From a bacterium (GTDB lineage Bacteria; J088; JAWLBW01): DNA of 64,000 nt. The notes beneath the pieces are model-generated. The model did no database searches, was not told the origin of the DNA, and worked only from the letters and a program-made list of their open reading frames with translations. The stretch lies in NCBI GenBank assembly GCA_041690355.1, contig JAWLHK010000013.1, positions 1 to 64,000 of the forward strand, given 5' to 3'. The position numbers and the translations under genes are program-made. Below are positions 11,680 to 21,096 of the stretch, piece after piece (position 1 is the first letter of the stretch; the number at the start of each line of letters is the position of its first letter).

Positions 11680-12417
11680 TCAGAAGACGGCGCCGACCGT
11701 CAGCCCGACGTTCCACTGATTGCCGTCGGGGAAGTTGTCGTCGAGGGCCGTCGTGAGGATGCGATACCCGCCACGGGCGCCCAGCGAGAAGTTGTTCGTC
11801 GGCATCCAGGTGACGCCGGCCGCCAGGGGCACGCCGATGGTTTCGTTCGCATCGCTCGACACATCGGCCCCGCCCGAACCGTCAAAGCGGTAGTAGTTCA
11901 CGCCCGCGGCCAGAAACGGGTCGATCTGGATGTCGCCCTGGCCGATGACCTCCATGAGGTTGAGGCGCAGCAGCGCTTCACCGGCCGAGCTGATCAGTTC
12001 GCCATCCTGACCGAGGGCAACGTTACCGATGGTGACGTCGGCCAGGGAGTTGGCGGCCCCGAAGTAGCTGACTTCGACACCCACCGGGCTGTTCATCCCC
12101 CAGATGCCGCGCAGCTCCCAGTTGCCGCCGACGTCGAGTTCGTCGTCGATGTCGCCGGTAAAGCTGTTGACGCCGCCGCCGAGTTCGACGGCGAAATTGT
12201 TGGTCTGAACCGGCTCGGGCTGCGGCCGCGGGATGACCGCTTCGTCGACCTCGACGTCGCCCTCAGCTTCGAGGCCGGGCTCTTCGAGGATGACTTCAGA
12301 CTCTTCCTCTTCCGTAAACCAGCCTTCGTCACCCTGGGTCTGCGACCACGCCGGCGTCGCTGCGGCCAACACCAGCGCCAGCAGGAATGTAAAGCCAATA
12401 CCGAGGATTCTGGACAT
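11680..12417 (-). CDS. Outer-membrane beta-barrel protein (8-stranded OmpA/PorT-like) with acidic N-terminus
   Basis: Signal peptide, alternating strands, C-terminal VGAVF; AAGGAGG SD. Confidence 0.85.
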   Translation of the reverse strand: MSRILGIGFTFLLALVLAAATPAWSQTQGDEGWFTEEEESEVILEEPGLEAEGDVEVDEAVIPRPQPEPVQTNNFAVELGGGVNSFTGDIDDELDVGGNWELRGIWGMNSPVGVEVSYFGAANSLADVTIGNVALGQDGELISSAGEALLRLNLMEVIGQGDIQIDPFLAAGVNYYRFDGSGGADVSSDANETIGVPLAAGVTWMPTNNFSLGARGGYRILTTALDDNFPDGNQWNVGLTVGAVF

Positions 12418-12708
12418 TGCGTCCTCCTTTTTCAGTGCACGAGAATTCCACGGCGGTATCCCGAACGCACCGCAGGGCCCGCATGGAGCCATGCAGGAAG
12501 CGCGGGTTCCGCTGTGTTCATTTCGCGTGCCGCGTGGCGATCTGCCAAGGGCACCCGATGAGGGAGAGGCCCCTCGCCCGGAAATGTGCAGAAAGGGGGA
12601 GGGGCCGGGCGGAAAGGGTCGTACGAAAGATCTTGCAGGTATCCGCTCCGGGCGGATATCATTTGTCTTTTGAGCGTTCCGTATTACGGATTGCTCGGGA
12701 GGGGAGAC

Positions 12709-13266
12709 ATGCGAGTTTTCTGGGTGGCGAGCCTGCTCGCGGCGCTCGTTCTATCGGCGGCGCCCGGGCTGTCCGGTGCCGATGCAGAGGGGCCGCAACT
12801 ATCCCCATCGCATCAGGCGAAGCTTCTTCTGGTTGCGCTCTCCTTCTTCCGCGACATGCCGTCCGAGGGGGCGAACCTGAACGTCCTCGTACTCGGGTCG
12901 TGCCCGCTGGCCGACGCCCTGGCTGAAATGGACGGCAAGGCGCTCAACGGCAGGTCGCTGCGCATGGAGAGCCTGCGCGAGCGCTCCAGTGAGTCGGCGC
13001 TGCGCAAGCGGTTCGCCGAGCGCCCCTATGCGGCTGTCGTCGATTGCAGCCGGCGTACCGATCACGCGAAGGCCGTGGCGGCTGCCGCTTCCGTACACAA
13101 GGTACTCCACATCACCGGCGATTCGGCTACGGTCGAGGCGGGTGCGGCCCTGGGCACCGAGGTACGTAACGGGCGTCCGGGCCTGGTGCTCAATCTCACC
13201 ACCGTTCGCACGCTCGGCATTTCCTTTGACGGCCGCCTCGCGGGCGCCGCCAGAATTCTTCAGTAA
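12709..13266 (+). CDS. YfiR/HmsC-like (DUF4154) periplasmic protein
   Basis: Signal peptide; C-terminal GRPGLVLNL..V...GISFDGRLAGAARILQ matches the YfiR pattern; adjacent to a TonB receptor. Confidence 0.7.
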   Translation: MRVFWVASLLAALVLSAAPGLSGADAEGPQLSPSHQAKLLLVALSFFRDMPSEGANLNVLVLGSCPLADALAEMDGKALNGRSLRMESLRERSSESALRKRFAERPYAAVVDCSRRTDHAKAVAAAASVHKVLHITGDSATVEAGAALGTEVRNGRPGLVLNLTTVRTLGISFDGRLAGAARILQ

Positions 13267-13276
13267 GGAATCTCCC

Positions 13277-15397
13277 GTGCTTTCACCCGCATTTCTGATT
13301 CTCGCATTCGCCGCGTCGGTGACTTCGCCCGCGCCTCTCGCGATGACTGAAGGTGTGTCGTCGCCTGTTTCCGTAACCGCAGAAGCCGCGGCAGCCCCCG
13401 TGACCGGCGCATCGGGAGGCGCCGTGGGCGACTTCGGCGACATCACAGGCGGCAGCAGCCTCGAAGACCTGCTCCGTTTTTCCTTGCACGAGGAGAAGAA
13501 CGTCTCTGTGCAGGCTGCCAGCAAGTACGGCCAGTCGGTGCGGCGTACGCCCGCGAGCGTGCTCGTCATTTCGCGGGACGAAATCGTGCGGCACAAGTAC
13601 CGGAGCATTCCCGAAGCGTTGCAGGCGGTGCCCGGCTTCTTCGTCTACAACGACACGCTCTACGATTTCGTGAACGTGCGGGGCATGGGGCTGCCCGGCG
13701 ACTTCAACACGCGCGTCCTGCTGCTGCTCAATGGCCACACGCTCAACGTGAGCGCCGGGCCCGGGGGCGCCAACCTGCACGACTTTCACCTCGACATTCA
13801 GTCGGTCGAGCGTATCGAAGTCATACGCGGACCCGGCAGCGTGGTCTACGGAACCGGCGCGTTCTTCGCCGTCATCAACGTGATCACCGTCGCGCCGGAC
13901 TCTGAAAGCACGAACTATCTGTCGGCAGGCGCCGGCGGGCCCGACGCCATCGGTGAGGCCAGTCTTGCCAACGGCGGCCGGAGCGGCGAGTGGTGGTGGC
14001 AGTTTCTCTCGCGCGGTTATGCCGACAACGGCATTGAAAGGTACTTTGCGGCGTACGATCGCGCCGCGCCCGGCGCCGACGCGCGGGCGACCCGCGACGG
14101 GACGAGCCGGGAGGATCGCGATCGCGCCACCGGTGTCTACGGCCGTCTCGGCTGGCGCGAGTTCACGCTGTCGGTCTACGGCGCCTCGCGCACGAAGCAG
14201 GAGCCGACGGCGCAGTTCGAAACCGATTTTCCGGCGACGGCCAACTACGCCGCCGATCACCGTGGCTTCGGCGAATTGACCTATCAGAAGCAGTGGGAAA
14301 CCTTTCGCCTCATCGGCCGCGCCTTCGGTGACTACGGCAACTGGCAGGACCATCTGCTCTATGATGGCGGCATCTATCGTGACATGATTGAGGATCGCAA
14401 GGGCGGTACCGAGCTGCGCGGCGTGCTGCAGACCGAGCGTCATGAATTTCTCCTGGGGGTCGAGGCGAACCGGCACGCGGTCTTCATGCCTTCGGGCGAT
14501 CTCGAGCCGTACCGGCTGCAGGTCGCCGATCCGAATCGCATCTGGTTCACGACCGCGAGCGTCTACGCACAGGAGAGCTGGCAGCCGGTGAACCCGCTCC
14601 TCTTCGTCGCGGGGGGGCAGTTGAACACGAACAACCTCTACGACCCGTTCCTCGCGCCGCGGGCGGGCATCCACGTTTTCCCCACCGAGACGCAGACGAT
14701 CAAGCTTCTGTACAGCACGGGTATCCGTCAGCCGACGGCCTTCGAGCGCTTCTTCGCCGATCAGGATTTCTTCATCGCCAATGCGGCCCTGACGCCCGAG
14801 TTCATCCAGACGGGAGAGCTTTCGTACGAGTTCTATCCGGTCGAGAATCTGCGCACGTACCTCGGCGGATTTCTGAACCGTTATGACGACGTCATCACGG
14901 CCATCAACGTGCCCCGTCCCATCGCCGACGACCCCGAGCACACGGTCAATCAGTTCGTGAACCAGGGCTCCATCCGTTCGTACGGAACCGAGGTGCATCT
15001 CGAGGCCCGGCTGCCGGGCGCGTGGACCGCCTTCGGCGGCGTGACCTGGCAGCGCGCAAAGGACACCCTCACCGGGTTGACGCCCGATGCGAGCCCGGCC
15101 TGGCTCGGGAATCTGCGTGCCGCAGGACCGGTGGGCGAAACCCTTCTGCTGGGCGTGGACGCCAACTACGTGGGCAGCCGGCGCCTGACCTCGGGCGTGG
15201 GGGCCGCGAACCCCTACTGGCTGGTGAATGCCGCCCTCTCGACGAAGCGGTTCGACAGCGGCTTCCAGGCGTCGGTGCGGGTACGCAACCTGCTCGACGT
15301 CGACTACGAAGAGCTGGTCTCGAGCGACCACGCGCCGCTGGTCACGGTCGCTCAGCGCCCGCTGACGGCGGTCATGCGCGTCGATTATCACTACTGA
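13277..15397 (+). CDS. TonB-dependent receptor
   Basis: ASKY.Q....TPASVLVISRDEI and ERIEVIRGPGSVVYG plug motifs; C-terminal aromatic residue. Confidence 0.92.
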   Translation: MLSPAFLILAFAASVTSPAPLAMTEGVSSPVSVTAEAAAAPVTGASGGAVGDFGDITGGSSLEDLLRFSLHEEKNVSVQAASKYGQSVRRTPASVLVISRDEIVRHKYRSIPEALQAVPGFFVYNDTLYDFVNVRGMGLPGDFNTRVLLLLNGHTLNVSAGPGGANLHDFHLDIQSVERIEVIRGPGSVVYGTGAFFAVINVITVAPDSESTNYLSAGAGGPDAIGEASLANGGRSGEWWWQFLSRGYADNGIERYFAAYDRAAPGADARATRDGTSREDRDRATGVYGRLGWREFTLSVYGASRTKQEPTAQFETDFPATANYAADHRGFGELTYQKQWETFRLIGRAFGDYGNWQDHLLYDGGIYRDMIEDRKGGTELRGVLQTERHEFLLGVEANRHAVFMPSGDLEPYRLQVADPNRIWFTTASVYAQESWQPVNPLLFVAGGQLNTNNLYDPFLAPRAGIHVFPTETQTIKLLYSTGIRQPTAFERFFADQDFFIANAALTPEFIQTGELSYEFYPVENLRTYLGGFLNRYDDVITAINVPRPIADDPEHTVNQFVNQGSIRSYGTEVHLEARLPGAWTAFGGVTWQRAKDTLTGLTPDASPAWLGNLRAAGPVGETLLLGVDANYVGSRRLTSGVGAANPYWLVNAALSTKRFDSGFQASVRVRNLLDVDYEELVSSDHAPLVTVAQRPLTAVMRVDYHY

Positions 15398-15436
15398 GCA
15401 CGCACGCACTGCAGGCAGGAGCGGGGCGGGCGTAGA

Positions 15437-15545
15437 GTAGACTACCGGAAGATCATCAAGATCGACGCTGGAGGATATTCGAGCCTGCCTGGCGTTCGCT
15501 GCCGACCGCGTACGAAAAATGGTTTCGATACCACCTTCGGCTTGA
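15437..15545 (+). pseudogene. Internally deleted DUF433-family antitoxin remnant
   Basis: (V)DYRKIIKID, then a frameshift to TLEDIRACLAFAADRVRKMVSIPPSA*: both termini of a DUF433 protein with the middle missing. Confidence 0.7.
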
Positions 15546-15598
15546 AGCTTCCCTTCGACCACAACCTCTCGCCTCGCCTTTGCCGGCTCCTGCGATAG
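15542..15598 (+). pseudogene. Truncated DUF5615 PIN-like toxin remnant
   Basis: TTG start overlapping the antitoxin stop; MKLPFDHNLSPRLCRLLR* resembles the MKLLFDxNLSP N-terminus. Confidence 0.7.
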
Positions 15599-15610
15599 GA
15601 AGCGGACCGT

Positions 15611-17269
15611 TCACCCTGCCGCTGCCATGCGGGCGGCCGCCTTCTCGGCCTCCCGCCGCGTCCGCGCATGCTTGAGAATCGTCGGTATCAGGTTCCGCCG
15701 GAGGACGGCCGAGGCCGAGAGTACGCCGCCGAAGAGCGCGCCGCCGACGCCGCAGGTTACGATGTCCTGGCCGGTCAGGTAGAGCCCCTTCACGGGTGAC
15801 TCGGCGCGCAGGAAGCGCTGGCGGAACCGTTCGGGCGTGTGCTCGATGCCGTAGATTTCGCCGTGCCCGTAGTTGCAGAAGTTCTGGGTCGTGAGCGGCG
15901 AGCTCAGCTCATAGACGTCGACCTTGCCGCGGATTTGCGGCACGTGGCGGTAGAGCTCTTCGAGCAGGCGCTGGGCGAACTTCTCCTTGAACGCTTCGTA
16001 GTCTTCGCCGCGCTTTTTCCAACGCGAACCCTCCCACTTCGTCCACCACTCGTACGGCGTGATGGTGATGACGTCGATCGTCGAACGTCCGGGATGACGG
16101 TTCTCGAAATCCGGATCCTTGGCCGACGGAAACGAGACGTAAACGACGGGGAAGGGGGCGTCCGGATCCGATCGCTGGGCGGCCAGGTTCCGCTCCGGAT
16201 TCTCGTTCGGATAGATCCAGAGGTTGTTCTTCGGCAGGTCCAGGCTCTCGGTCGACTCCTTGAGGCCGATGTACAGGCACATGTGCGCGGCCGAGGCGCG
16301 GATCGGCTTCATCTTGCGAACCAGACCGCGGCGTTCGGCGACCGGGCGGGGCAGCAGCCGGTTATAGGTCACGTCGACGCCGGCGCCGCTGATGATGACC
16401 GGCGCGCGCAGAACGGCGTCATCGGCGGCCATGCGCACGCCCACGGCGCGGCCATTCTCGATCACGATCTCCTTCACGTCCGCATTGATGAGCACCTTGC
16501 CGCCCGCCTGCTGAATCAGCGGAATGATCGTCTCGGCAATTCGTCCCGAGCCGCCGATCGGATAGTATCCGCCCTCGAAGTAGTGGTTGGCCACCATGGC
16601 GTGAATCATGAAGCTCGCCTCGCCCGGCGCCAGCCCGTAATCCCCGTGCTGCGCCGTGAGCACGGCGATAAGCTTCTGGTCGCTCGTGAGCTCCTCGAGA
16701 ACCTCGCGCACGGTGCGGTTCGAGTATTGGAGGAATTTGCGGCGCAGCAGCGGGCCGGCTACGGCGGCGATGGCGCGCGGCAGCGCTTTCGCGGCGTGAA
16801 AGGGGAGGCTCGTTTTCAAGGCCGCGTCGACCAGCTCGAAGTAGCGGTCGATGGCCTTCTCTTCGCCGGGGAACCGTTGCATCAGCATGGCGCGCAGGTT
16901 CTTACGGCCCTTGGGGAAGGGGAAATGTTCATCGCCAAGGATGACCCGGTCGTAAACCTCTCCCATATCGGCCCATTCGAGCTTGCCGTCGGTCACCTCG
17001 TCGAAGACGGCCCGCAGGACGCTCCCCCGCTTCACGTCGCCGATGTAATGGACACCGACGTCCCATTCGTAGCCCGGCCGGTGAAAGATGTGCGTGAAGC
17101 CGCCGACGGTGTAGTGCCGTTCGAGTACGAGTACTTTATTCCCCGCTTCTTTCGCGAGAAGAGCGGCGGCCGTCAGGCTTCCGATGCCCGACCCGATGAC
17201 GATGACGTCGTAAGTATCGGTGACCGGGCGCCGCTTGTACGGTTCGGCAATGGGCGGGGTGGCCTGCAT
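15611..17269 (-). CDS. Phytoene desaturase / retinol saturase-like FAD-dependent oxidoreductase
   Basis: GSGIGS Rossmann motif, LERHYTVGGFTHIF, WDVGVHYIG, GLYLTGQD. Confidence 0.9.
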   Translation of the reverse strand: MQATPPIAEPYKRRPVTDTYDVIVIGSGIGSLTAAALLAKEAGNKVLVLERHYTVGGFTHIFHRPGYEWDVGVHYIGDVKRGSVLRAVFDEVTDGKLEWADMGEVYDRVILGDEHFPFPKGRKNLRAMLMQRFPGEEKAIDRYFELVDAALKTSLPFHAAKALPRAIAAVAGPLLRRKFLQYSNRTVREVLEELTSDQKLIAVLTAQHGDYGLAPGEASFMIHAMVANHYFEGGYYPIGGSGRIAETIIPLIQQAGGKVLINADVKEIVIENGRAVGVRMAADDAVLRAPVIISGAGVDVTYNRLLPRPVAERRGLVRKMKPIRASAAHMCLYIGLKESTESLDLPKNNLWIYPNENPERNLAAQRSDPDAPFPVVYVSFPSAKDPDFENRHPGRSTIDVITITPYEWWTKWEGSRWKKRGEDYEAFKEKFAQRLLEELYRHVPQIRGKVDVYELSSPLTTQNFCNYGHGEIYGIEHTPERFRQRFLRAESPVKGLYLTGQDIVTCGVGGALFGGVLSASAVLRRNLIPTILKHARTRREAEKAAARMAAAG

Positions 17270-17270
17270 G

Positions 17271-17891
17271 TCATTTCTCCTTGTCTACGGCGTATACAGC
17301 CGGCTGATTGCGAGTGGGTTTCGCGCCGAACGCGGTGATGAACCGGCCGACGGAGCGGAAGTAGAGGGATTCGAACGCGGGGCGGTCGACCTGGAGTTTT
17401 CCCGCGAGAAACAGCGAGACGAGCCCGTGCACCTGGGCCCAGATGCTGAGCGCCGCGTCTTCGGGATCGTCCGTTTTCAGGAGGCGCTCGTCGGCGCATT
17501 CACGGATGCGGTCGACGAGAAAGCGAAAGGTGGCCGCATCCTGCCAGCCGGGGCCGGCCGCATGGAGCGCGGGCGAGGAATCGAGAAAGATCAGGGCGTA
17601 ATCGCGCGGGTGATCGAGCGCGAACTCGAGGTAGGCCCTCCCCGAGGCGAGAAGGCGCTCCCAGGGGCCGGGCTCTGAAAGCGAGCGCTGGAGATATTCG
17701 AAGAAGATGCGATGCCCTTCGCCGCAGACGGCGCGCACGAGGGCGTCACGGTTGGCGTAGTGGCGGTAGATGGCCATCGGCGTGATGCCCGATCGCGCGG
17801 CGACGGTGCGCATCGTGACGGCGTCGATCCCCTCGGTGAGAAAGATCGCGCGGGCGTCGGTCAGGATGCGGGCGCCGGTTTCAGTTCGCAT
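17271..17891 (-). CDS. TetR/AcrR family regulator (WHG-type C-terminus)
   Basis: HTH TMRTVAARSGITPMAIYRHY; C-terminal WAQVHG. Confidence 0.93.
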   Translation of the reverse strand: MRTETGARILTDARAIFLTEGIDAVTMRTVAARSGITPMAIYRHYANRDALVRAVCGEGHRIFFEYLQRSLSEPGPWERLLASGRAYLEFALDHPRDYALIFLDSSPALHAAGPGWQDAATFRFLVDRIRECADERLLKTDDPEDAALSIWAQVHGLVSLFLAGKLQVDRPAFESLYFRSVGRFITAFGAKPTRNQPAVYAVDKEK

Positions 17892-17928
17892 GTATACACT
17901 GTATACTGCGAGCCCCGCTCGTTGTCAA
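17891..17928 (-). promoter_or_regulatory. TetR promoter with overlapping palindromic operator
   Basis: TTGACA at 17928-17923; palindrome GTATAC-N3-GTATAC (17892-17906) overlaps the -10 and abuts the ATG. Confidence 0.75.
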
Positions 17929-17946
17929 GGGGGAGACTGCCGATTT

Positions 17947-19431
17947 TTATCCGCCCAGAATCCGTTCCACCAGCAGCACGCTCATCACCGTTACGGCTGC
18001 CGTGGCCATCAGGTTCAGCCAGAATCCGGCGCGCGCCATGGCCTCGCCGGGTACATGCCCGCTGCCGTAGACGATGGCGTTCGGCGGGGTCGCCACCGGG
18101 AGCATGAAGGCGCAGCTGGCCGACACCGCCACGGCCGTCATGGCCAGCAGCGGCTGAAGTCCCAGGGTCGGCGCAATGGCGGCCACAATCGGCAGCAGGG
18201 CCGCCGTCGTCGCCGTGTTGCTCGTCAGTTCGGTCAGAAAGATGACGAAGAGAACGAGGGCGGCGAGGATGACGAGCGGCGGGAGCCCGCTGAGACCCCC
18301 CACCTGGGCCCCGAGGTATTCGGCCACCCCGTTGGCGCGCACGGCTGCCGCCAGGCTGAGGCCGCCGCCGAAGAGAAGCAGGATGCCCCAGGGAAGCCGC
18401 ACGGCCGTGCTCCAGTCCATGGTGAACGTTCGCGCACGCGCATCGACCGGGATGAGAAAGAGCAGCAGGGCCGCGCTCACGGCGATACCGGTGTCGTCGA
18501 GGCCGCCGAGCGGAGGCCAGCGATTGAGCAGCGGCCGGAGAATCCACGCGAGCGCCGTGAGTACGAAGACGAAGAAGGTCACCCGCTCGCCACGGTTGGG
18601 CGACCCGAGGCCGGCGTACATCGCGCGCGCAAAGGCGGGTTCGAGCGGTATGCGCAGGGCATGGAGCGGAAAAAGGAAGCGCGTCAACAGCCCCCAGGCG
18701 AGCGGCAGCAGTACGGCCACCAGGGGAATGCCGTAGAGCATCCACTGTGCAAAACCGATGCGGATGCCCATCTGGCGTTCCGCATAAGATGCGAGAAACA
18801 GATTCGGCGGCGTGCCGATGAGGGTGCCGAGTCCGCCGATGGAGGCCGCCCAGGCGATGCCGAGCATGAGCGCCAGGGCGAAATGGCGCTGGTCGTCGCC
18901 ATGCATGCCGGCGGCCTTTTCCCGGAGCAGGCCGATCACGCTCACGGCGATGGGGAGCATGATGATCGTGGTCGCCGTGTTCGAGACCCACATGCTGAGC
19001 ACGGCCGTGACGAGCATGAAGACGGCGATGATCCCCGCGGCCCGCGTGCCCGCCATGCGCAACGCAAAGAGGGCGATGCGCGTGTGCAGCCCCCAGCGCT
19101 CCATCGAGAGGGCGAGCACGAATCCGCCGAGAAAGAGAAAAATCGTCTCGTGTCCGTAGGGGGCGGCGGCGGCGCCGATGCCCGCGATGCCGAGGGGCGG
19201 AAAAATCGCGAGGGGGAGCAGCGCCGTCGCGTAGACCGGTATCGCCTCGGTCATCCACCAGACGGCCATCCAGACCCCGACCGCGGCGGTGGCGCGTCCG
19301 GCAGCCGTGAAGGGGACGGTGTCTCCGGCCGGATCGACGAAGGCGGCCGGAAGAGCGGCCCAGGCCAGTACGGCGAGCACGGGCCCGAGGGGTAGTCCCA
19401 GCCAGCTGACGAAGGAGCGGTCGAAGCGCAT
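17947..19431 (-). CDS. SLC13/DASS family sodium:dicarboxylate/sulfate symporter
   Basis: SMWVSNTAT, GTLIGTPPN, ELTSNTAT, FMLPVATPPNAIV. Confidence 0.95.
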   Translation of the reverse strand: MRFDRSFVSWLGLPLGPVLAVLAWAALPAAFVDPAGDTVPFTAAGRATAAVGVWMAVWWMTEAIPVYATALLPLAIFPPLGIAGIGAAAAPYGHETIFLFLGGFVLALSMERWGLHTRIALFALRMAGTRAAGIIAVFMLVTAVLSMWVSNTATTIIMLPIAVSVIGLLREKAAGMHGDDQRHFALALMLGIAWAASIGGLGTLIGTPPNLFLASYAERQMGIRIGFAQWMLYGIPLVAVLLPLAWGLLTRFLFPLHALRIPLEPAFARAMYAGLGSPNRGERVTFFVFVLTALAWILRPLLNRWPPLGGLDDTGIAVSAALLLFLIPVDARARTFTMDWSTAVRLPWGILLLFGGGLSLAAAVRANGVAEYLGAQVGGLSGLPPLVILAALVLFVIFLTELTSNTATTAALLPIVAAIAPTLGLQPLLAMTAVAVSASCAFMLPVATPPNAIVYGSGHVPGEAMARAGFWLNLMATAAVTVMSVLLVERILGG

Positions 19432-19544
19432 GCCTTCATTCAATCGGCCATCCGGCCGGAAGGCAAGCCGGGGGGCCTGGCGGCCGACTCCCGGTTCGGC
19501 CTGCGGAGCCCGGGTTCAACCGGCTCCGCAGGTGCGAGGCTCCG

Positions 19545-20045
19545 TCAGCGAACCGCGGCGATCGCGGCGTCGTAATCCGGTTCCTGCGTGATCTCGGGAA
19601 CCTGTTCGCTGTAGACGACCTTGTCGTTCGCGTCAAGCACGACGACGGCGCGCGAGAGCAGCCCGGCCAGTGGGCCGTCGGTCATTTCGGCCCCGTAGGT
19701 GCTGCCGAAGTTGCGGTCGCGCATTTCGGAAAGGGGGATGACGTGCGAAACGTTTTCGGCCGTGCAGAAGCGCTTCATGGCGAACGGAAGGTCGCGGCTG
19801 ATCGTCAGGATGACGGTGTCGGCGAGCTTGCCCGTCTCCTGCTCGAAACGGCGGGCCGAGGCGGCGCAGACGCCCGTGTCGAGGCTGGGCACGATGTTGA
19901 GAATCTTCTTCTTGCCTGCGTAGTCGGCCAGCGAGACCTCTTTGAGGTCGCCGCCGGTGAGCTTGAAGTCGGGCGCCTGCGCGCCGACGGCGGGAAGCGA
20001 ACCCTTCGTGTGAATCGGATTGCCCTTGAACTTGATCTCGGCCAT
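19545..20045 (-). CDS. tpx: Thiol peroxidase (atypical 2-Cys peroxiredoxin)
   Basis: VPSLDTGVC, DLPFAMKRFC, EPDYDAAI. Confidence 0.96.
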   Translation of the reverse strand: MAEIKFKGNPIHTKGSLPAVGAQAPDFKLTGGDLKEVSLADYAGKKKILNIVPSLDTGVCAASARRFEQETGKLADTVILTISRDLPFAMKRFCTAENVSHVIPLSEMRDRNFGSTYGAEMTDGPLAGLLSRAVVVLDANDKVVYSEQVPEITQEPDYDAAIAAVR

Positions 20046-20231
20046 GCGGAACTCCGTTGACGTTGAAGAGGATTGGGAATGTTTTCGCGCGCCGCGAGGG
20101 CGCAGGAGTGAACCTATCATGCTAGCATGCCGGCCGGCAGAGCGATCGGTTTGCGGGCCCTCTTTCTTTTGGTGTGACTACCCTTGCACACCAGATCAGT
20201 CGTGATTACAGTGCAGGGAGAGGAGTCAGCC

Positions 20232-21092
20232 ATGCACCCGATACTCAAGACCATCGCCGTCGCCGCCGTCGTCGCGGTTCCCCTTTACGCGTATTCCGCC
20301 GAGCAGGCCGCGAAGGCGCCTCCCAAGGCCTCACCGGCCGGCGCCCCGAAGGCTCCGTTCAATCCGCCCGACCCCGACACCATACCCGAGGGGCCTGTGG
20401 GTGAGGCCATCACGCTCGGGCGCAAGATTCTCACGAATACGCAGCGGTATGCGAAAGATCATGTGGGCAACGGTCTGAACTGCACGAGCTGCCATCTCAA
20501 CGAAGGGCGCACGCAGTGGTCGGCCCCGTGGGTCGGCCTCTGGGGAGTCTTTCCCGAATACCGTTCGCGCAACGCCCGCGTGAACGTGCTTCAGGAAAGG
20601 GTCAACGATTGCTTCGAACGCAGCATGAACGGCAAGGCGCTCGATCCGGTGAGCAAGGAAATGACCGCCATTCTCGCCTACATGCATTGGCTCTCGCAGG
20701 GGGTTCCGACCGGCATGGACGTCGAGGGTCGCGGCTTCAAGCGCATTCAGGCGCCGAAGAAGCCCGACCTGGCGCGCGGCAAGAAAGTATACGCAGACAA
20801 GTGCGCGAGCTGTCATGGCGCCGACGGTCAGGGGATGACCATGCCTGACGGGGCGTACATGTTCCCCGCGCTCTGGGGCCCGAAATCGTTCAACATCGGC
20901 GCCGGCATGGCCCGTCTCGATACCGCTGCCGCCTTCGTTGCTTCGAGCATGCCGCTGGGGCAGGGGGGTACGCTCACCGCGCAGGAGGCCTACGACGTCG
21001 CCCTGTATTTCACGACGCAGCCGCGCCCCGACTACGCGAAGAAGTCGGCCGACTGGCCCAAGGGGGGTAAGCCTCGCGACGCGCGGTACTGA
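20232..21092 (+). CDS. tsdA: TsdA-type diheme cytochrome c (thiosulfate dehydrogenase/tetrathionate reductase)
   Basis: Two CxxCH (CTSCH, CASCH); RVNDCFERSMNG catalytic Cys; PALWG..SFN.GAGM; C-terminal PRP. Confidence 0.85.
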   Translation: MHPILKTIAVAAVVAVPLYAYSAEQAAKAPPKASPAGAPKAPFNPPDPDTIPEGPVGEAITLGRKILTNTQRYAKDHVGNGLNCTSCHLNEGRTQWSAPWVGLWGVFPEYRSRNARVNVLQERVNDCFERSMNGKALDPVSKEMTAILAYMHWLSQGVPTGMDVEGRGFKRIQAPKKPDLARGKKVYADKCASCHGADGQGMTMPDGAYMFPALWGPKSFNIGAGMARLDTAAAFVASSMPLGQGGTLTAQEAYDVALYFTTQPRPDYAKKSADWPKGGKPRDARY

Positions 21093-21096
21093 AGCC

